From an uncultured Candidatus Saccharibacteria bacterium (GTDB taxonomy: Bacteria; Patescibacteriota; Saccharimonadia; Saccharimonadales; CAZARM01), in the NCBI GenBank assembly GCA_964487615.1, contig CAZARM010000003.1, positions 2,339-66,338 on the forward strand: 64,000 nt of DNA. The letters run 5' to 3'. Shown here piece after piece: positions 1 to 8,306 of the stretch. The notes beneath the pieces are model-generated. The model ran no database searches and was not told the DNA's origin. It was given only the letters and a program-made list of their open reading frames with translations. Positions within the stretch are counted from its first letter, which is position 1, and every line of letters begins with the position of its first letter. The position numbers and the translations under genes were made by a program.

Positions 1-1657
1 TTTTGCGAGCGCGGGTTGCTTTCTGGCGGTCGAACAGACCCTTTTGTTTGTCGTTGACCATGCCAGTTAAGGTGCCGAATAGACCGCCAGCCAGTTTGAA
101 GGTGAATGGAATAAAGGCATAAGGAATCATGTAAGCGCCCAATATCATCAAGGGGTGTAGGACGTTGTCTGCAGGCCCTACATTGGGCTGCTGATGAATA
201 ATAAACGCAAAGATGCGACCGACGGCGATAACGCCCATAATCAGCGGGAACATCATCAGCAGTTTGCTGAACGATCCCGACCACAGCTTCCACAACTTTT
301 CGTTACCAGGGAATATCCAGGACAAAATCGCTAAAGGCGCTAACAGCAAGAAAGCCACAACAAAAATCTGTCGAAGCAGCAGTACCAAGAATGCTGTTCC
401 TGCTAGTAGCAGGAGGGTTCCCATAAACAGCCATATCAAAACGAAGCCTCCAACTAGAATTGCTCCCGAAGCAAGCAATGTTGCGAACACGCCGCCTCCT
501 CCGCTGGCACTGCCGCCAAACAGACTAGCAAGAGTTAAGTGATTTTGCGTCACGCCGGGTAATTGGTTAAAGTCAAACGGTGACGTCAGGAGGCTCAAAG
601 TGCCCTTGCCGACAGCATTAGAAAGATCAATCATAAACACACAGATGGTATAGGACAAACTAATAAATATTACGGCCGCTAAAATTCGCGGCAAGGCTTT
701 CTTAACCGTGTAAGCACTTACAAAATCCAAGTTTAGTGCGGTGCCCATAACCATGATTAGCACCATGGGTACCAATATGACAAAGGCTATGTTGCGAATA
801 TTTGACCAACCGGCATGGATTCCATCATTGGTGTAGATATTCCTGTCAACCTGCAGCATGTCTTGAATACGCTCATCGACCCAACTCAATGCTGAATCAG
901 TTGCTCGAATCACAGCGCAAAGTATCCATCCTAGGTCGCCGGCATCATCCTCGCAGGACTTGCCTCCATTAGGATCGACGGTGCCTGTATTTCCACCTCC
1001 AGGAGGGGCAATTATTTGTCCTGCGTCACCTATGCGGAATGAAACCGGCCCCTGAGGATTTTCTTCGCCGTAGCTATTTGGGGCTATAAATGAACACCCG
1101 GGGAACCCACTGCTCGTTCCTTCGTCCGCTTTCTTGTGTTCGTAGAGGTCGCCATGGTTCACAGCACCCTGCTGAGAAACCTGAATAATGTCCTGGCAGT
1201 CTTGCCCTTGCTCGCTATCCCGTAGGAAGTTCCCCGTGGTGCCGTCGCGTGTAAAGTTCCAGTTGTTGTCGCTGTCAACGCGCACTAATTTATCAGGGGT
1301 AATGAATGCGAAATATATGTTGGAGTTAGCTACATCAGTCAGAGTTATAGGTACCTTACTACCACCACAAGTTCCGCCAGTAGCCCTTGTTTGGAATGTC
1401 CAATCAGCGGCGTCAAAGCCAGAGCTGGTTACTTTAACTGTGCTTGTACAGCCGTTTTCTTCGTTTGTAAATTGCATATCGCCATCCCAAGGGGATTTGT
1501 CGTAATAATTCTTGCCGTCAACTTGGATAAAGGCCGCGTTTAACCACTTCCCCGTAGACACCGCGGCACTAACTGACCGAGGGTGAATCAGCGGTACTAA
1601 AATACCGGGCAAAAACAATAGTAAGCCCGCCAATAGCTTAATGCGCATAAGCTTCAT
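1..1657 (-). CDS. VirB6/TrbL-like polytopic membrane protein with large N-terminal secreted domain (N-terminus present; C-terminus runs off the window start)
   Basis: Absent from the ORF track because it stays open to position 1. Manual translation from the ATG at 1657 gives MKLMRIKLLAGLLLFLPGILVPLIHPRSVSAAVSTGKW (signal peptide). A soluble part of about 300 aa follows, then several long hydrophobic segments (e.g. NIAFVILVPMVLIMVMG, ILAAVIFISLSYTICVFMI, LLLLAGTAFLVLLLRQIFVVAFLLLAPLAIL). The family call rests on topology and on adjacency to the pilin-like array only. Confidence 0.45.
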   Translation of the reverse strand, partial: MKLMRIKLLAGLLLFLPGILVPLIHPRSVSAAVSTGKWLNAAFIQVDGKNYYDKSPWDGDMQFTNEENGCTSTVKVTSSGFDAADWTFQTRATGGTCGGSKVPITLTDVANSNIYFAFITPDKLVRVDSDNNWNFTRDGTTGNFLRDSEQGQDCQDIIQVSQQGAVNHGDLYEHKKADEGTSSGFPGCSFIAPNSYGEENPQGPVSFRIGDAGQIIAPPGGGNTGTVDPNGGKSCEDDAGDLGWILCAVIRATDSALSWVDERIQDMLQVDRNIYTNDGIHAGWSNIRNIAFVILVPMVLIMVMGTALNLDFVSAYTVKKALPRILAAVIFISLSYTICVFMIDLSNAVGKGTLSLLTSPFDFNQLPGVTQNHLTLASLFGGSASGGGGVFATLLASGAILVGGFVLIWLFMGTLLLLAGTAFLVLLLRQIFVVAFLLLAPLAILSWIFPGNEKLWKLWSGSFSKLLMMFPLIMGVIAVGRIFAFIIHQQPNVGPADNVLHPLMILGAYMIPYAFIPFTFKLAGGLFGTLTGMVNDKQKGLFDRQKATRARK

Positions 1658-1730
1658 GCTTGCATTCTAGCATTTAAGGGATAATTAAAGCCAAAAATTT
1701 TAGAAAACCTACACTAGTTGTATTTTAAGT

Positions 1731-2825
1731 TTAAAGGTTTTTAATGATTTGATTATCGACTGTCAGCCAAATTGGTTGACCGGTTGCTGTATTAGTAGTC
1801 TTTTGCATAGTGATTCTATTCATCGTATGGTAGTTAATGCTTTCGGGACCTGTGTAATCTCCGTCATAACCCTGGTGTTCATTAACCTCCACCTCCACAA
1901 CTGTGGTATTGCCATCAGCAGTAGTTGTAGCATTTCGTTCGGCTTCGGGTGAAACGGTAACATCATAAACAATGCCAAAATTTGGATGATAAAGGACGTA
2001 ATTGGCGTTTGTGGCTGTAATTTCTTTGCTTTTTGCCCATGTTGGGCTAGTTGGATCAAGAACATAAGCAGCAAAGCACTCAGCGTTATTATAATTCAGC
2101 GCACACTCAGAATTTCTATACAGTTGCTCTACTCTTTTTTGTAAATTACCGGCGGTTGCTGAGACGGGCTTATTTTCAACAATGTTTGGGGCGTTGTCTT
2201 GCGAGTTTGGCTCGCGAAGAACAGTCCTTGGCCGGACTTCAACTGGCACAATGGTTTCACCAGCAATAGTCGCCGGAGGTATGGTAACTTCTGCGGGAGG
2301 TGCCGAATCTATTCCGTCATCTGGACTAGATGAATTATTTGGTGAACTTACTGCAGGCGGCAGCGTGTTATTGCCGGGCGCTACTCTTCCAGTTGCCTGG
2401 GGAGTTCCGTCATCGGATCTACCCACTAAGACTCCAGCGCCAATAGCGCCGAGCAATAGCGTGCCTAACGCGACAACTTTAGCAGGTGTACTTAGATACC
2501 ACTTAACTTCGCGGGTGGTTCTGTTTGGCTGAGGCTCACTGATAGTCTGAACACCAACCGGTAGAGCGTGCTGCTCATCGGTTTCTTCAGGGTCAACACC
2601 AATCTTGGTATTAGTTGGTGTTAAGGACTCTGGGATGGTTGGAACGGGAGGAAGTGCTATAGGACGCGGAATCGTTGCTTCTCCGGTAGTTTGGATGTCC
2701 GAAGCACTAGAGGGTGGGTCCAGGAGCTCATCAGGAGCTGTTACACCAGTAGCATTAATAAATTCCGGTGCAATATCTGAATCGCTCGGATGTGTTATGT
2801 GTTCTGGGTCAATTATATCTGTCAT
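1731..2825 (-). CDS. hypothetical single-pass membrane protein with Pro/Thr-rich N-terminal region
   Basis: 364-aa ORF with one hydrophobic helix (VVALGTLLLGAIGAGVLVG) and a C-terminal Cys-containing domain. The overlapping + strand ORFs are low-complexity antisense artefacts. Confidence 0.6.
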   Translation of the reverse strand: MTDIIDPEHITHPSDSDIAPEFINATGVTAPDELLDPPSSASDIQTTGEATIPRPIALPPVPTIPESLTPTNTKIGVDPEETDEQHALPVGVQTISEPQPNRTTREVKWYLSTPAKVVALGTLLLGAIGAGVLVGRSDDGTPQATGRVAPGNNTLPPAVSSPNNSSSPDDGIDSAPPAEVTIPPATIAGETIVPVEVRPRTVLREPNSQDNAPNIVENKPVSATAGNLQKRVEQLYRNSECALNYNNAECFAAYVLDPTSPTWAKSKEITATNANYVLYHPNFGIVYDVTVSPEAERNATTTADGNTTVVEVEVNEHQGYDGDYTGPESINYHTMNRITMQKTTNTATGQPIWLTVDNQIIKNL

Positions 2826-2994
2826 ATGAATCTTTCAATGAATTTGAAGCTCATTTATTGTTTGACACTCCTATTATACCATAAACGCAAAATATTGTAT
2901 AGTTAAAGTTTTTGGACGAGTTGTCAATAGTAATATCGTGCCTAAACCTGGCAGTTCTTGCAGTGTTCAAGAGAAAAGGCTATAGTTTAGGCAA

Positions 2995-3702
2995 ATGCGT
3001 CAACTCGCGAATATAAAAAGTTTCATAATTGCTGGTTTAGTACTTATAGCTGTTTTTACTGGCTCGTTATTAAGCGTAAAGTCAGGTGTTGTATTCGCCG
3101 CTGAGGGAGATCAGCCTGCTCTATGTTATTCGCCCGTTTTTGCGGGCGCTGCGCCTGGGCCCTGTGGTGACCAACACGCCATACCGTATTCCACAGGAGA
3201 CGCTAAACCAAACCACTGCTATACCTTAAGCACTAGTGGTACCCAGCCGACATATAATAACGTTCCTTGTAGCGACGATCCATTTGCAGGCAAGAGTGCA
3301 GCAAGCTGTAAGGATGGTACGATTCAGGTAGGTTCCGGCCAGCCAGAAGAGCTTTGTGGTGGAGTGCATGGCGGAGTTATTGACACTCCGATCACCCCAA
3401 ACAAATTCTGTGGCGGTGGTGATCAATCGGTCGAATTTAATATCGACATAGGCTGTAAGGGACAGGGCAACCCGATCTTGGATATCCTGTTTGCAGCCAT
3501 TAAGTTTTTATCCTACCTGGTTGGTCTGGTTTTGGTCGGCTCGATGATCGTAACTGGGATTCAGTACAGCGCTTCTCGTGGCAATCCTGATGCCACCGCC
3601 AAAATGATTCTACGTATATTGCACATCGCTGGCGCTATACTTTTGTATGTATTTGCTTTTGCCATACTTAACTACGTGGTTCCAGGGGCGCTACTGAAAT
3701 GA
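2995..3702 (+). CDS. TrbC/VirB2-like pilin-family membrane protein, paralog 1 (long Cys-rich N-terminal extension)
   Basis: Has a signal/anchor helix, a Cys-rich secreted region, and a C-terminal two-helix module: LVGLVLVGSMIVTGIQYSASRGNPDATAKMILRILHIAGAILLYVFAF. This module is shared with the next five genes. Confidence 0.55.
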   Translation: MRQLANIKSFIIAGLVLIAVFTGSLLSVKSGVVFAAEGDQPALCYSPVFAGAAPGPCGDQHAIPYSTGDAKPNHCYTLSTSGTQPTYNNVPCSDDPFAGKSAASCKDGTIQVGSGQPEELCGGVHGGVIDTPITPNKFCGGGDQSVEFNIDIGCKGQGNPILDILFAAIKFLSYLVGLVLVGSMIVTGIQYSASRGNPDATAKMILRILHIAGAILLYVFAFAILNYVVPGALLK

Positions 3703-4103
3703 TTCAGCTAGTATCAACTACTTTCGCGCGCATCGTAGATACCTGTCCCAGCGGCGGCTTCCTGGGCTTGCCAACCTGGTTTAAGTATTTGAAGGGGTAT
3801 ATCCCAGATAGTCCGCCGGCTTTTGACGCGCGAATCGGCCAAACCTGTGAGCCGATCATCAATAGTTTCAGAGATATTTTGCTAATTGCTGCCGCAATTT
3901 TGGAAATACTGCTTCGGGTAGCTACGTTTGTTGCAATTGTTTTTATTGTGTACGGCGGGATTCGCTATGTTATTAGTCAGGGCGAGCCAGACAGGGTCGC
4001 AACTGCTCAGGGGACCATCCTAAACGCTGTAATAGGACTTGTAATCGCGGTTGTAGCTACGGCTGTAGTCAGCTTTGTGGCGGGAAGGTTCGTAGGCGCC
4101 TAA
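3699..4103 (+). CDS. TrbC/VirB2-like pilin-family membrane protein, paralog 2
   Basis: C-terminal module is FVAIVFIVYGGIRYVISQGEPDRVATAQGTILNAVIGLVIAVVATAVVSFV. Its start overlaps the upstream stop (ATGA). Confidence 0.6.
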   Translation: MIQLVSTTFARIVDTCPSGGFLGLPTWFKYLKGYIPDSPPAFDARIGQTCEPIINSFRDILLIAAAILEILLRVATFVAIVFIVYGGIRYVISQGEPDRVATAQGTILNAVIGLVIAVVATAVVSFVAGRFVGA

Positions 4104-4104
4104 G

Positions 4105-4395
4105 ATGATCCAAAGCCTATGGCTAACCATAGCTCAGCTAGACGCTCACGAAGTCGGGCTGCCAAAGGTCGCGGCTGACGACAGCGGCTTGCAGGTAGTA
4201 CTCAAGCTGGTCTTTGGCGTAGTGACATTGCTGACAGTCATTTATCTCATTCTGACAGGGCTTAAACTCATAACCCAACAAGGTGACCCAGTGGGCCTAT
4301 CCAAAGCCCGCCAGGCTATTATTTATGGCATCCTCGGGCTAGTGATTGTCCTGACAGCTGACGCCATAGTGTTCTTTGTACTGGGGAGAATATGA
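4105..4395 (+). CDS. TrbC/VirB2-like pilin-family membrane protein, paralog 3 (shortest)
   Basis: Module is LLTVIYLILTGLKLITQQGDPVGLSKARQAIIYGILGLVIVLTADAIVFFV. It starts 1 nt after the upstream stop. Confidence 0.6.
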   Translation: MIQSLWLTIAQLDAHEVGLPKVAADDSGLQVVLKLVFGVVTLLTVIYLILTGLKLITQQGDPVGLSKARQAIIYGILGLVIVLTADAIVFFVLGRI

Positions 4396-4799
4396 GAGGC
4401 AGAATCCTAAAGCTACTGCTGATAACAGCCCTCATCATGCCTACTTTCGCGCTAGCCAGCGTGAGTGCCCAGCGTGTAGATGTTCTAGCCCCTACCTGCA
4501 ACAACCAACCTACTCAGCCGGAGATATGCAAAGACAACGCTGCCAATAACACTGACGTTAATAGCCCCCTCACGGGGAAGAACGGGATATTAAACAAAGT
4601 TACTCTCCTGCTATCCTTCGTAGTTGGGGTGGCTTGTGTGATAGTGATTATGGTCTCTGGCCTGCGTTTTATTGTTGCCTCTGGTGATAGTAATTCTATT
4701 TCCAACGCCCGGCGCAGCTTGCTTTACGCCGTGGTGGGGCTGGTGATTGCTGTTGCTTCCCGCATCCTGGTGCGATTTGTAATAAGTAGAATAGAATGA
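4392..4799 (+). CDS. TrbC/VirB2-like pilin-family membrane protein, paralog 4
   Basis: Has a signal peptide. Module is VGVACVIVIMVSGLRFIVASGDSNSISNARRSLLYAVVGLVIAVASRILVRFV. There is a 4-nt overlap with the upstream gene. Confidence 0.6.
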   Translation: MRGRILKLLLITALIMPTFALASVSAQRVDVLAPTCNNQPTQPEICKDNAANNTDVNSPLTGKNGILNKVTLLLSFVVGVACVIVIMVSGLRFIVASGDSNSISNARRSLLYAVVGLVIAVASRILVRFVISRIE

Positions 4800-4806
4800 G
4801 GAAACC

Positions 4807-5274
4807 ATGTTAAAGAAATTCAAAACACTCAGTTTGTACGTAGCGACCGTGTTGGTTTTTGGTGGGGTGCTGGTACCGGCAACTGTTTCGGCTCAGCTGT
4901 TTGATAATGCCAAGAACCAAGCATGTGACGTCCTAAACCAAACCAATGGGCAGACGCCAGGAGACGCCCAGGGAGCAGACAAATGCGGCACAGCCAATGG
5001 GACACGCGTTACCAGAATTATTGCAGATGTTATAAATATACTATCCCTGATTGTTGGTATTGCAGCAGTGATTATGATTATCATCTCCGGGTTTAAGTAC
5101 ATTACGTCACAAGGGGACAGTACAGCTGTTAATTCGGCCAAGAACACCCTGCTCTACGCCATTGTCGGCATAGTTATCGTGGCCATGGCTCAAATCATTG
5201 TACAGTTCGTGTTGTTCAAAACCGATCCCCGCCCAGCCCCGAACACTGTCCAAACACCGGTGCAACTGCAGTAA
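4807..5274 (+). CDS. TrbC/VirB2-like pilin-family membrane protein, paralog 5
   Basis: Has a signal peptide. Module is IVGIAAVIMIIISGFKYITSQGDSTAVNSAKNTLLYAIVGIVIVAMAQIIVQFV. Confidence 0.6.
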   Translation: MLKKFKTLSLYVATVLVFGGVLVPATVSAQLFDNAKNQACDVLNQTNGQTPGDAQGADKCGTANGTRVTRIIADVINILSLIVGIAAVIMIIISGFKYITSQGDSTAVNSAKNTLLYAIVGIVIVAMAQIIVQFVLFKTDPRPAPNTVQTPVQLQ

Positions 5275-5352
5275 GTGCATAGGTGTAACCCTTGATAGCA
5301 GTTAATCCTATGTGGTATAAGTAACACTAGCAATAAGAAAGGTTCAAAAAAC

Positions 5353-5763
5353 ATGATTCAACGAATTAAAAAATTACTAACAAGTGTGGTGGTACTTGGC
5401 CTAGTATTGACACCGGTGCTGGCACCGGCAGCCGTATATGCTCAGGACACTGCCAACATCAACGATGGGCTTTGTGCCGGCAGCAATCTGGATATCAACA
5501 ACACTACGTGTAGTGCGACAGAGGCCAACACTACAGTTAACAGCCTACTGAAAACAATTATAAACATCTTCTCACTAGTTGTTGGTGTGGTCTCGGTCAT
5601 CATGATTATCGTTGGTGGTCTGAAGTACATCACCTCCGGAGGCGACTCAGGCAATGTGACTGGTGCCAAAAACACCATCCTCTACGCTGTCATTGGCCTG
5701 GTTGTGGTAGCCTTAGCGCAGTTTATCGTCCGCTTTGTCCTTGGCAAGGCCGGAGTTACTTGA
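5353..5763 (+). CDS. TrbC/VirB2-like pilin-family membrane protein, paralog 6
   Basis: Has a signal peptide. Module is VVGVVSVIMIIVGGLKYITSGGDSGNVTGAKNTILYAVIGLVVVALAQFIVRFV. AAGAAAGG lies upstream of the ATG. Confidence 0.6.
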   Translation: MIQRIKKLLTSVVVLGLVLTPVLAPAAVYAQDTANINDGLCAGSNLDINNTTCSATEANTTVNSLLKTIINIFSLVVGVVSVIMIIVGGLKYITSGGDSGNVTGAKNTILYAVIGLVVVALAQFIVRFVLGKAGVT

Positions 5764-5784
5764 TCTAGAGCTAACGTAAATACT

Positions 5785-5820
5785 AAAAAGAATTCCCTGC
5801 AGCTGCAGGGAATTCTTTTT
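5785..5820. terminator. bidirectional intrinsic terminator between convergent genes
   Basis: Perfect palindrome AAAAAGAATTCCCTGCAG/CTGCAGGGAATTCTTTTT, with A-run and T-run flanks. Confidence 0.8.
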
Positions 5821-5839
5821 GTTTGTAGCTTGAGCTACC

Positions 5840-6310
5840 TTACAATATCTGGATCTTCTTAACAGTGTCTTGCTTGAGCTTAGTAAAGGAGATGCTCAGG
5901 ACGCCGTCCTTTAGCACTGCCTCAATCTCATCTTCCTTGACGGGTACAGGTAGAGCTATACTGCGGCTAAACTCACCCCAGTAGCATTCTTGTACAAAGT
6001 AGTTCTCGACGTCTTCTTCGTTGCCGGCTGACAGCGTGCCGCGGATACTTAGAGTGTTATCAGCGATGCTAACGTCCAGATCACTTTTGTTCACGCCAGC
6101 GGTACGAGCCTTTACAACCAATCGTTCCTTGGTTTCATAAACGTCCACTGCCAACTGGCCGGGTACCGCTTCGTCTTCGTCCCAGTCATCACTAGCGGCA
6201 GCCGGAGCCGTTGCTGTAGCGTCGTTGCTCGGGAGGTCGTCATCACCCAAGAAAGCTGCCGTTAATTCATCTTCCATTAGTAGATCATCGTCGCGATTTC
6301 TACGAGCCAT
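5840..6310 (-). CDS. Hsp20/alpha-crystallin family small heat-shock protein
   Basis: Alpha-crystallin core is VDVYETKERLVVKARTAGVNKSDLDVSIADNTLSIRG...GEFSRSIALPVPVKEDEIEAVLKDGVLSISFTK. Confidence 0.85.
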   Translation of the reverse strand: MARRNRDDDLLMEDELTAAFLGDDDLPSNDATATAPAAASDDWDEDEAVPGQLAVDVYETKERLVVKARTAGVNKSDLDVSIADNTLSIRGTLSAGNEEDVENYFVQECYWGEFSRSIALPVPVKEDEIEAVLKDGVLSISFTKLKQDTVKKIQIL

Positions 6311-6490
6311 GTTGTACCCTCCGTCGTCATTCGCCTAAGCGAACTCCTCAGTTTCTTTAGTTAAAAAACTGGTCTGGCTTTAGTTGCTGAAGTTTTAGAG
6401 ATTTGCAATTTTTGTTAAGTCTTAGTATAGCTTAATAACAAAAAGAGGCGCAACTGACATAACCACTATTTACAACATAACGATTACAAC

Positions 6491-7165
6491 ATGCTACTGC
6501 TTGAACACATCTTTACCTTTCTAGCTCCCCATGAATGCCTTGGCTGCGGCCTGGAAGGCACGCTGTTGTGTCCGGGCTGCTGGGCCGAGTCTAGTGACCC
6601 GATTCCCTCTCGATGCTACCGCTGTCACAAACTGACTAACGATAGCCAGACTTGTGAGCGATGCTATAAATACACGTCCCTCCGGTACGTGTGGGTAGCA
6701 GCTAGCTATGATGGGCTGCTGAAGGATCTAGTACATCTGTATAAATTTGAGCGGGCCAAGGCCGCGTCCCAGCGGTTGGCCGACATCCTAGACGAGTCAG
6801 CGCCGTTCTTCTATGCCGATACCCTCATAACCTACGTTCCAACGGCTACCTCGCGTGTACGGGAGCGTGGCTATGATCACGCCAAAGAGTTAGCCAAAGC
6901 TTTTGCAGCCAAACGCAATTTACCTGTGGCTTCCCTACTCTCCAGACGCGGGCAAACACGCCAGGTGGGGGCTACACGCGCCGAGCGTCTTGAGCAGTTA
7001 ACGGGGGCGTTTAGCCCCAAACACGAATCAAAAATCAAAAATGCTTCCATTATCCTAGTTGACGACATTGTGACCACGGGCGCCACTCTGGAGACAGCGG
7101 CCCGGACGCTCAGGCGCGCTGGCGCAAAATCAGTCAACGGTTTAGTAGTCGCCCAAAAACAATAA
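6491..7165 (+). CDS. comFC: ComF-family phosphoribosyltransferase (ComFC-like)
   Basis: N-terminal Cys clusters (CLGCG..CPGC..CYRC..CERC) and a C-terminal PRTase motif IILVDDIVTTGATL. Confidence 0.8.
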   Translation: MLLLEHIFTFLAPHECLGCGLEGTLLCPGCWAESSDPIPSRCYRCHKLTNDSQTCERCYKYTSLRYVWVAASYDGLLKDLVHLYKFERAKAASQRLADILDESAPFFYADTLITYVPTATSRVRERGYDHAKELAKAFAAKRNLPVASLLSRRGQTRQVGATRAERLEQLTGAFSPKHESKIKNASIILVDDIVTTGATLETAARTLRRAGAKSVNGLVVAQKQ

Positions 7166-7167
7166 CT

Positions 7168-7196
7168 TTGCCGCATCAGATGACAACTGGTATAAT
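7168..7196 (+). promoter_or_regulatory. sigma70-type promoter for the tRNA-Ser pair
   Basis: TTGCCG (7168-7173), 17-nt spacer, TGgTATAAT with -10 at 7191-7196. It lies 19 nt upstream of the tRNA. Confidence 0.6.
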
Positions 7197-7214
7197 CTCC
7201 CCTGTTATTCACTT

Positions 7215-7304
7215 GGAAGGGTGTCCGAGTGGTTGAAGGAAACGGTCTTGAAAACCGTCATGCCGGCAACGGTATCGTGGGTTCGAATCCCACCCCTTCC
7301 GCCA
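7215..7304 (+). tRNA. tRNA-Ser (anticodon TGA), CCA encoded
   Basis: Acceptor GGAAGGG/CCCTTCC, anticodon arm ACGGT-CTTGAAA-ACCGT, long variable arm, T-arm GTGGG-TTCGAAT-CCCAC, then G-CCA. Confidence 0.9.
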
Positions 7305-7329
7305 GAGTGAGAACGACGATCGTCAATAC

Positions 7330-7422
7330 GGAGGAGTACCCAAGTGGCTGAAGGGGATGGTTTGCTAAATCATTAGGGGGGAGCAATCCCCCGCGAGAGT
7401 TCGAATCTCTCCTCCTCCGCCA
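7330..7422 (+). tRNA. tRNA-Ser (anticodon GCT), CCA encoded
   Basis: Acceptor GGAGGAG/CTCCTCC, anticodon loop TTGCTAA, long variable arm GGGGGGAGCAATCCCCC, T-arm GAGAG-TTCGAAT-CTCTC, then G-CCA. Confidence 0.9.
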
Positions 7423-7432
7423 AAAGAAATTG

Positions 7433-7460
7433 CTCACCCCAAGGGGTGGGCTATTTTTTT
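7433..7460 (+). terminator. intrinsic terminator after tRNA-Ser(GCT)
   Basis: CACCCC-AA-GGGGTG hairpin followed by a T7 run. Confidence 0.65.
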
Positions 7461-7497
7461 GATGATGTTCGAGATTTGAACTCGTAAGAGCGAAGCG

Positions 7498-7577
7498 GAG
7501 AGTTCGATCTTTGAGGACGCGCGCAGGAACTAGTTCCGAGCACGCCGCAAAAAGTAAACATCTCTCCTCCTCCGCCA
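7498..7577 (+). pseudogene. tRNA-Ser(GCT) 3'-end fragment, interrupted in the T-loop by a GC-rich insert of about 50 nt
   Basis: GAGAGTTCGA-TCT (7498-7510) copies the T-arm 5' half. TCTCTCCTCCTCCGCCAAA (7561-7579) is a perfect 19-nt direct repeat of 7406-7424. No 5' acceptor or D-arm is present. Confidence 0.55.
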
Positions 7578-7585
7578 AATTAAAG

Positions 7586-7617
7586 TGACCCAGGCTTTGG
7601 CCGTGGGTCATTTTATT
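7586..7617 (+). terminator. intrinsic terminator after the tRNA fragment
   Basis: TGACCCAGGC-TTTG-GCCgTGGGTCA hairpin followed by TTTTATTT. Confidence 0.65.
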
Positions 7618-7642
7618 TGCCAGAGTTTGCTACAATACGCTT

Positions 7643-8206
7643 ATGGAAGAGGGGCAACAACCACAGCCGCCAGCTACTACTTGGGCGTTCAATAAAGACG
7701 ACTCTGTGAGCGCTGCTGAGCCTGTTCCGCAACCCCAAGTGCCAACTGCAACAGAGGTAAGCTGGACAGCTTCAGAGTACGTAGCACATCAGAAGAATCT
7801 TAGTTGGTTTGTTGTGTTGGGCTTTGGATCGGTGGCTGCTGCTGCGGCCGTGTGGTTTGTGACTGGGGACAAAGTCTCAACAGTCATGATAGTCATCGTG
7901 GCTGTTATGTTTGGCATTTTTGCCGCTCGTCAGCCAAAAGTGCTTACCTACCAAGTCAACCATAGTGGGGTCAGGATTGGCGAAAAGTTCTACTCGTTTG
8001 CTGATTTCAAATCATTCTCAATCATTGACGAGGAACAGATTAGCTCGATTATGTTGATGCCGCTCAAAAGGTTCCGACCTGGGATCAGCATGTATTACCC
8101 GCCCGAGGAAGAAGACAAAATAGTAGAAGTAGTCGCCAATTATTTGCCCCATGAAGAGCGGGCGCCTGATAGCATGGACCGTTTAATGCGCAAGGTTCGT
8201 TTCTAG
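7643..8206 (+). CDS. hypothetical two-helix membrane protein
   Basis: 187-aa ORF with a hydrophobic pair (LSWFVVLGFGSVAAAAAVWFV, VSTVMIVIVAVMFGIFA) and then a soluble beta-rich C-terminal domain. Confidence 0.6.
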   Translation: MEEGQQPQPPATTWAFNKDDSVSAAEPVPQPQVPTATEVSWTASEYVAHQKNLSWFVVLGFGSVAAAAAVWFVTGDKVSTVMIVIVAVMFGIFAARQPKVLTYQVNHSGVRIGEKFYSFADFKSFSIIDEEQISSIMLMPLKRFRPGISMYYPPEEEDKIVEVVANYLPHEERAPDSMDRLMRKVRF

Positions 8207-8234
8207 GCATTGACTGCCACATAAATGACAAGCA

Positions 8235-8257
8235 GCTCCTCCCGAGGAGCATTTTTT
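8235..8257 (+). terminator. intrinsic terminator
   Basis: GCTCC-TCCCGA-GGAGC hairpin followed by ATTTTTTATTT. Confidence 0.6.
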
Positions 8258-8306
8258 ATTTCTTATGCTTTGGATTTATCTTTAACCCCTGCATACTGAA
8301 AATAAT

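Noticed and set aside
7258-7611. 117-aa minus-strand ORF across the tRNA-Ser pair. ORFs 10666..10860 -, 10973..11176 - and 11013..11198 + similarly cross the tRNA-Arg and tRNA-Ser genes.
   Set aside because: They overlap well-formed tRNA genes and terminators, so they are translation artefacts.
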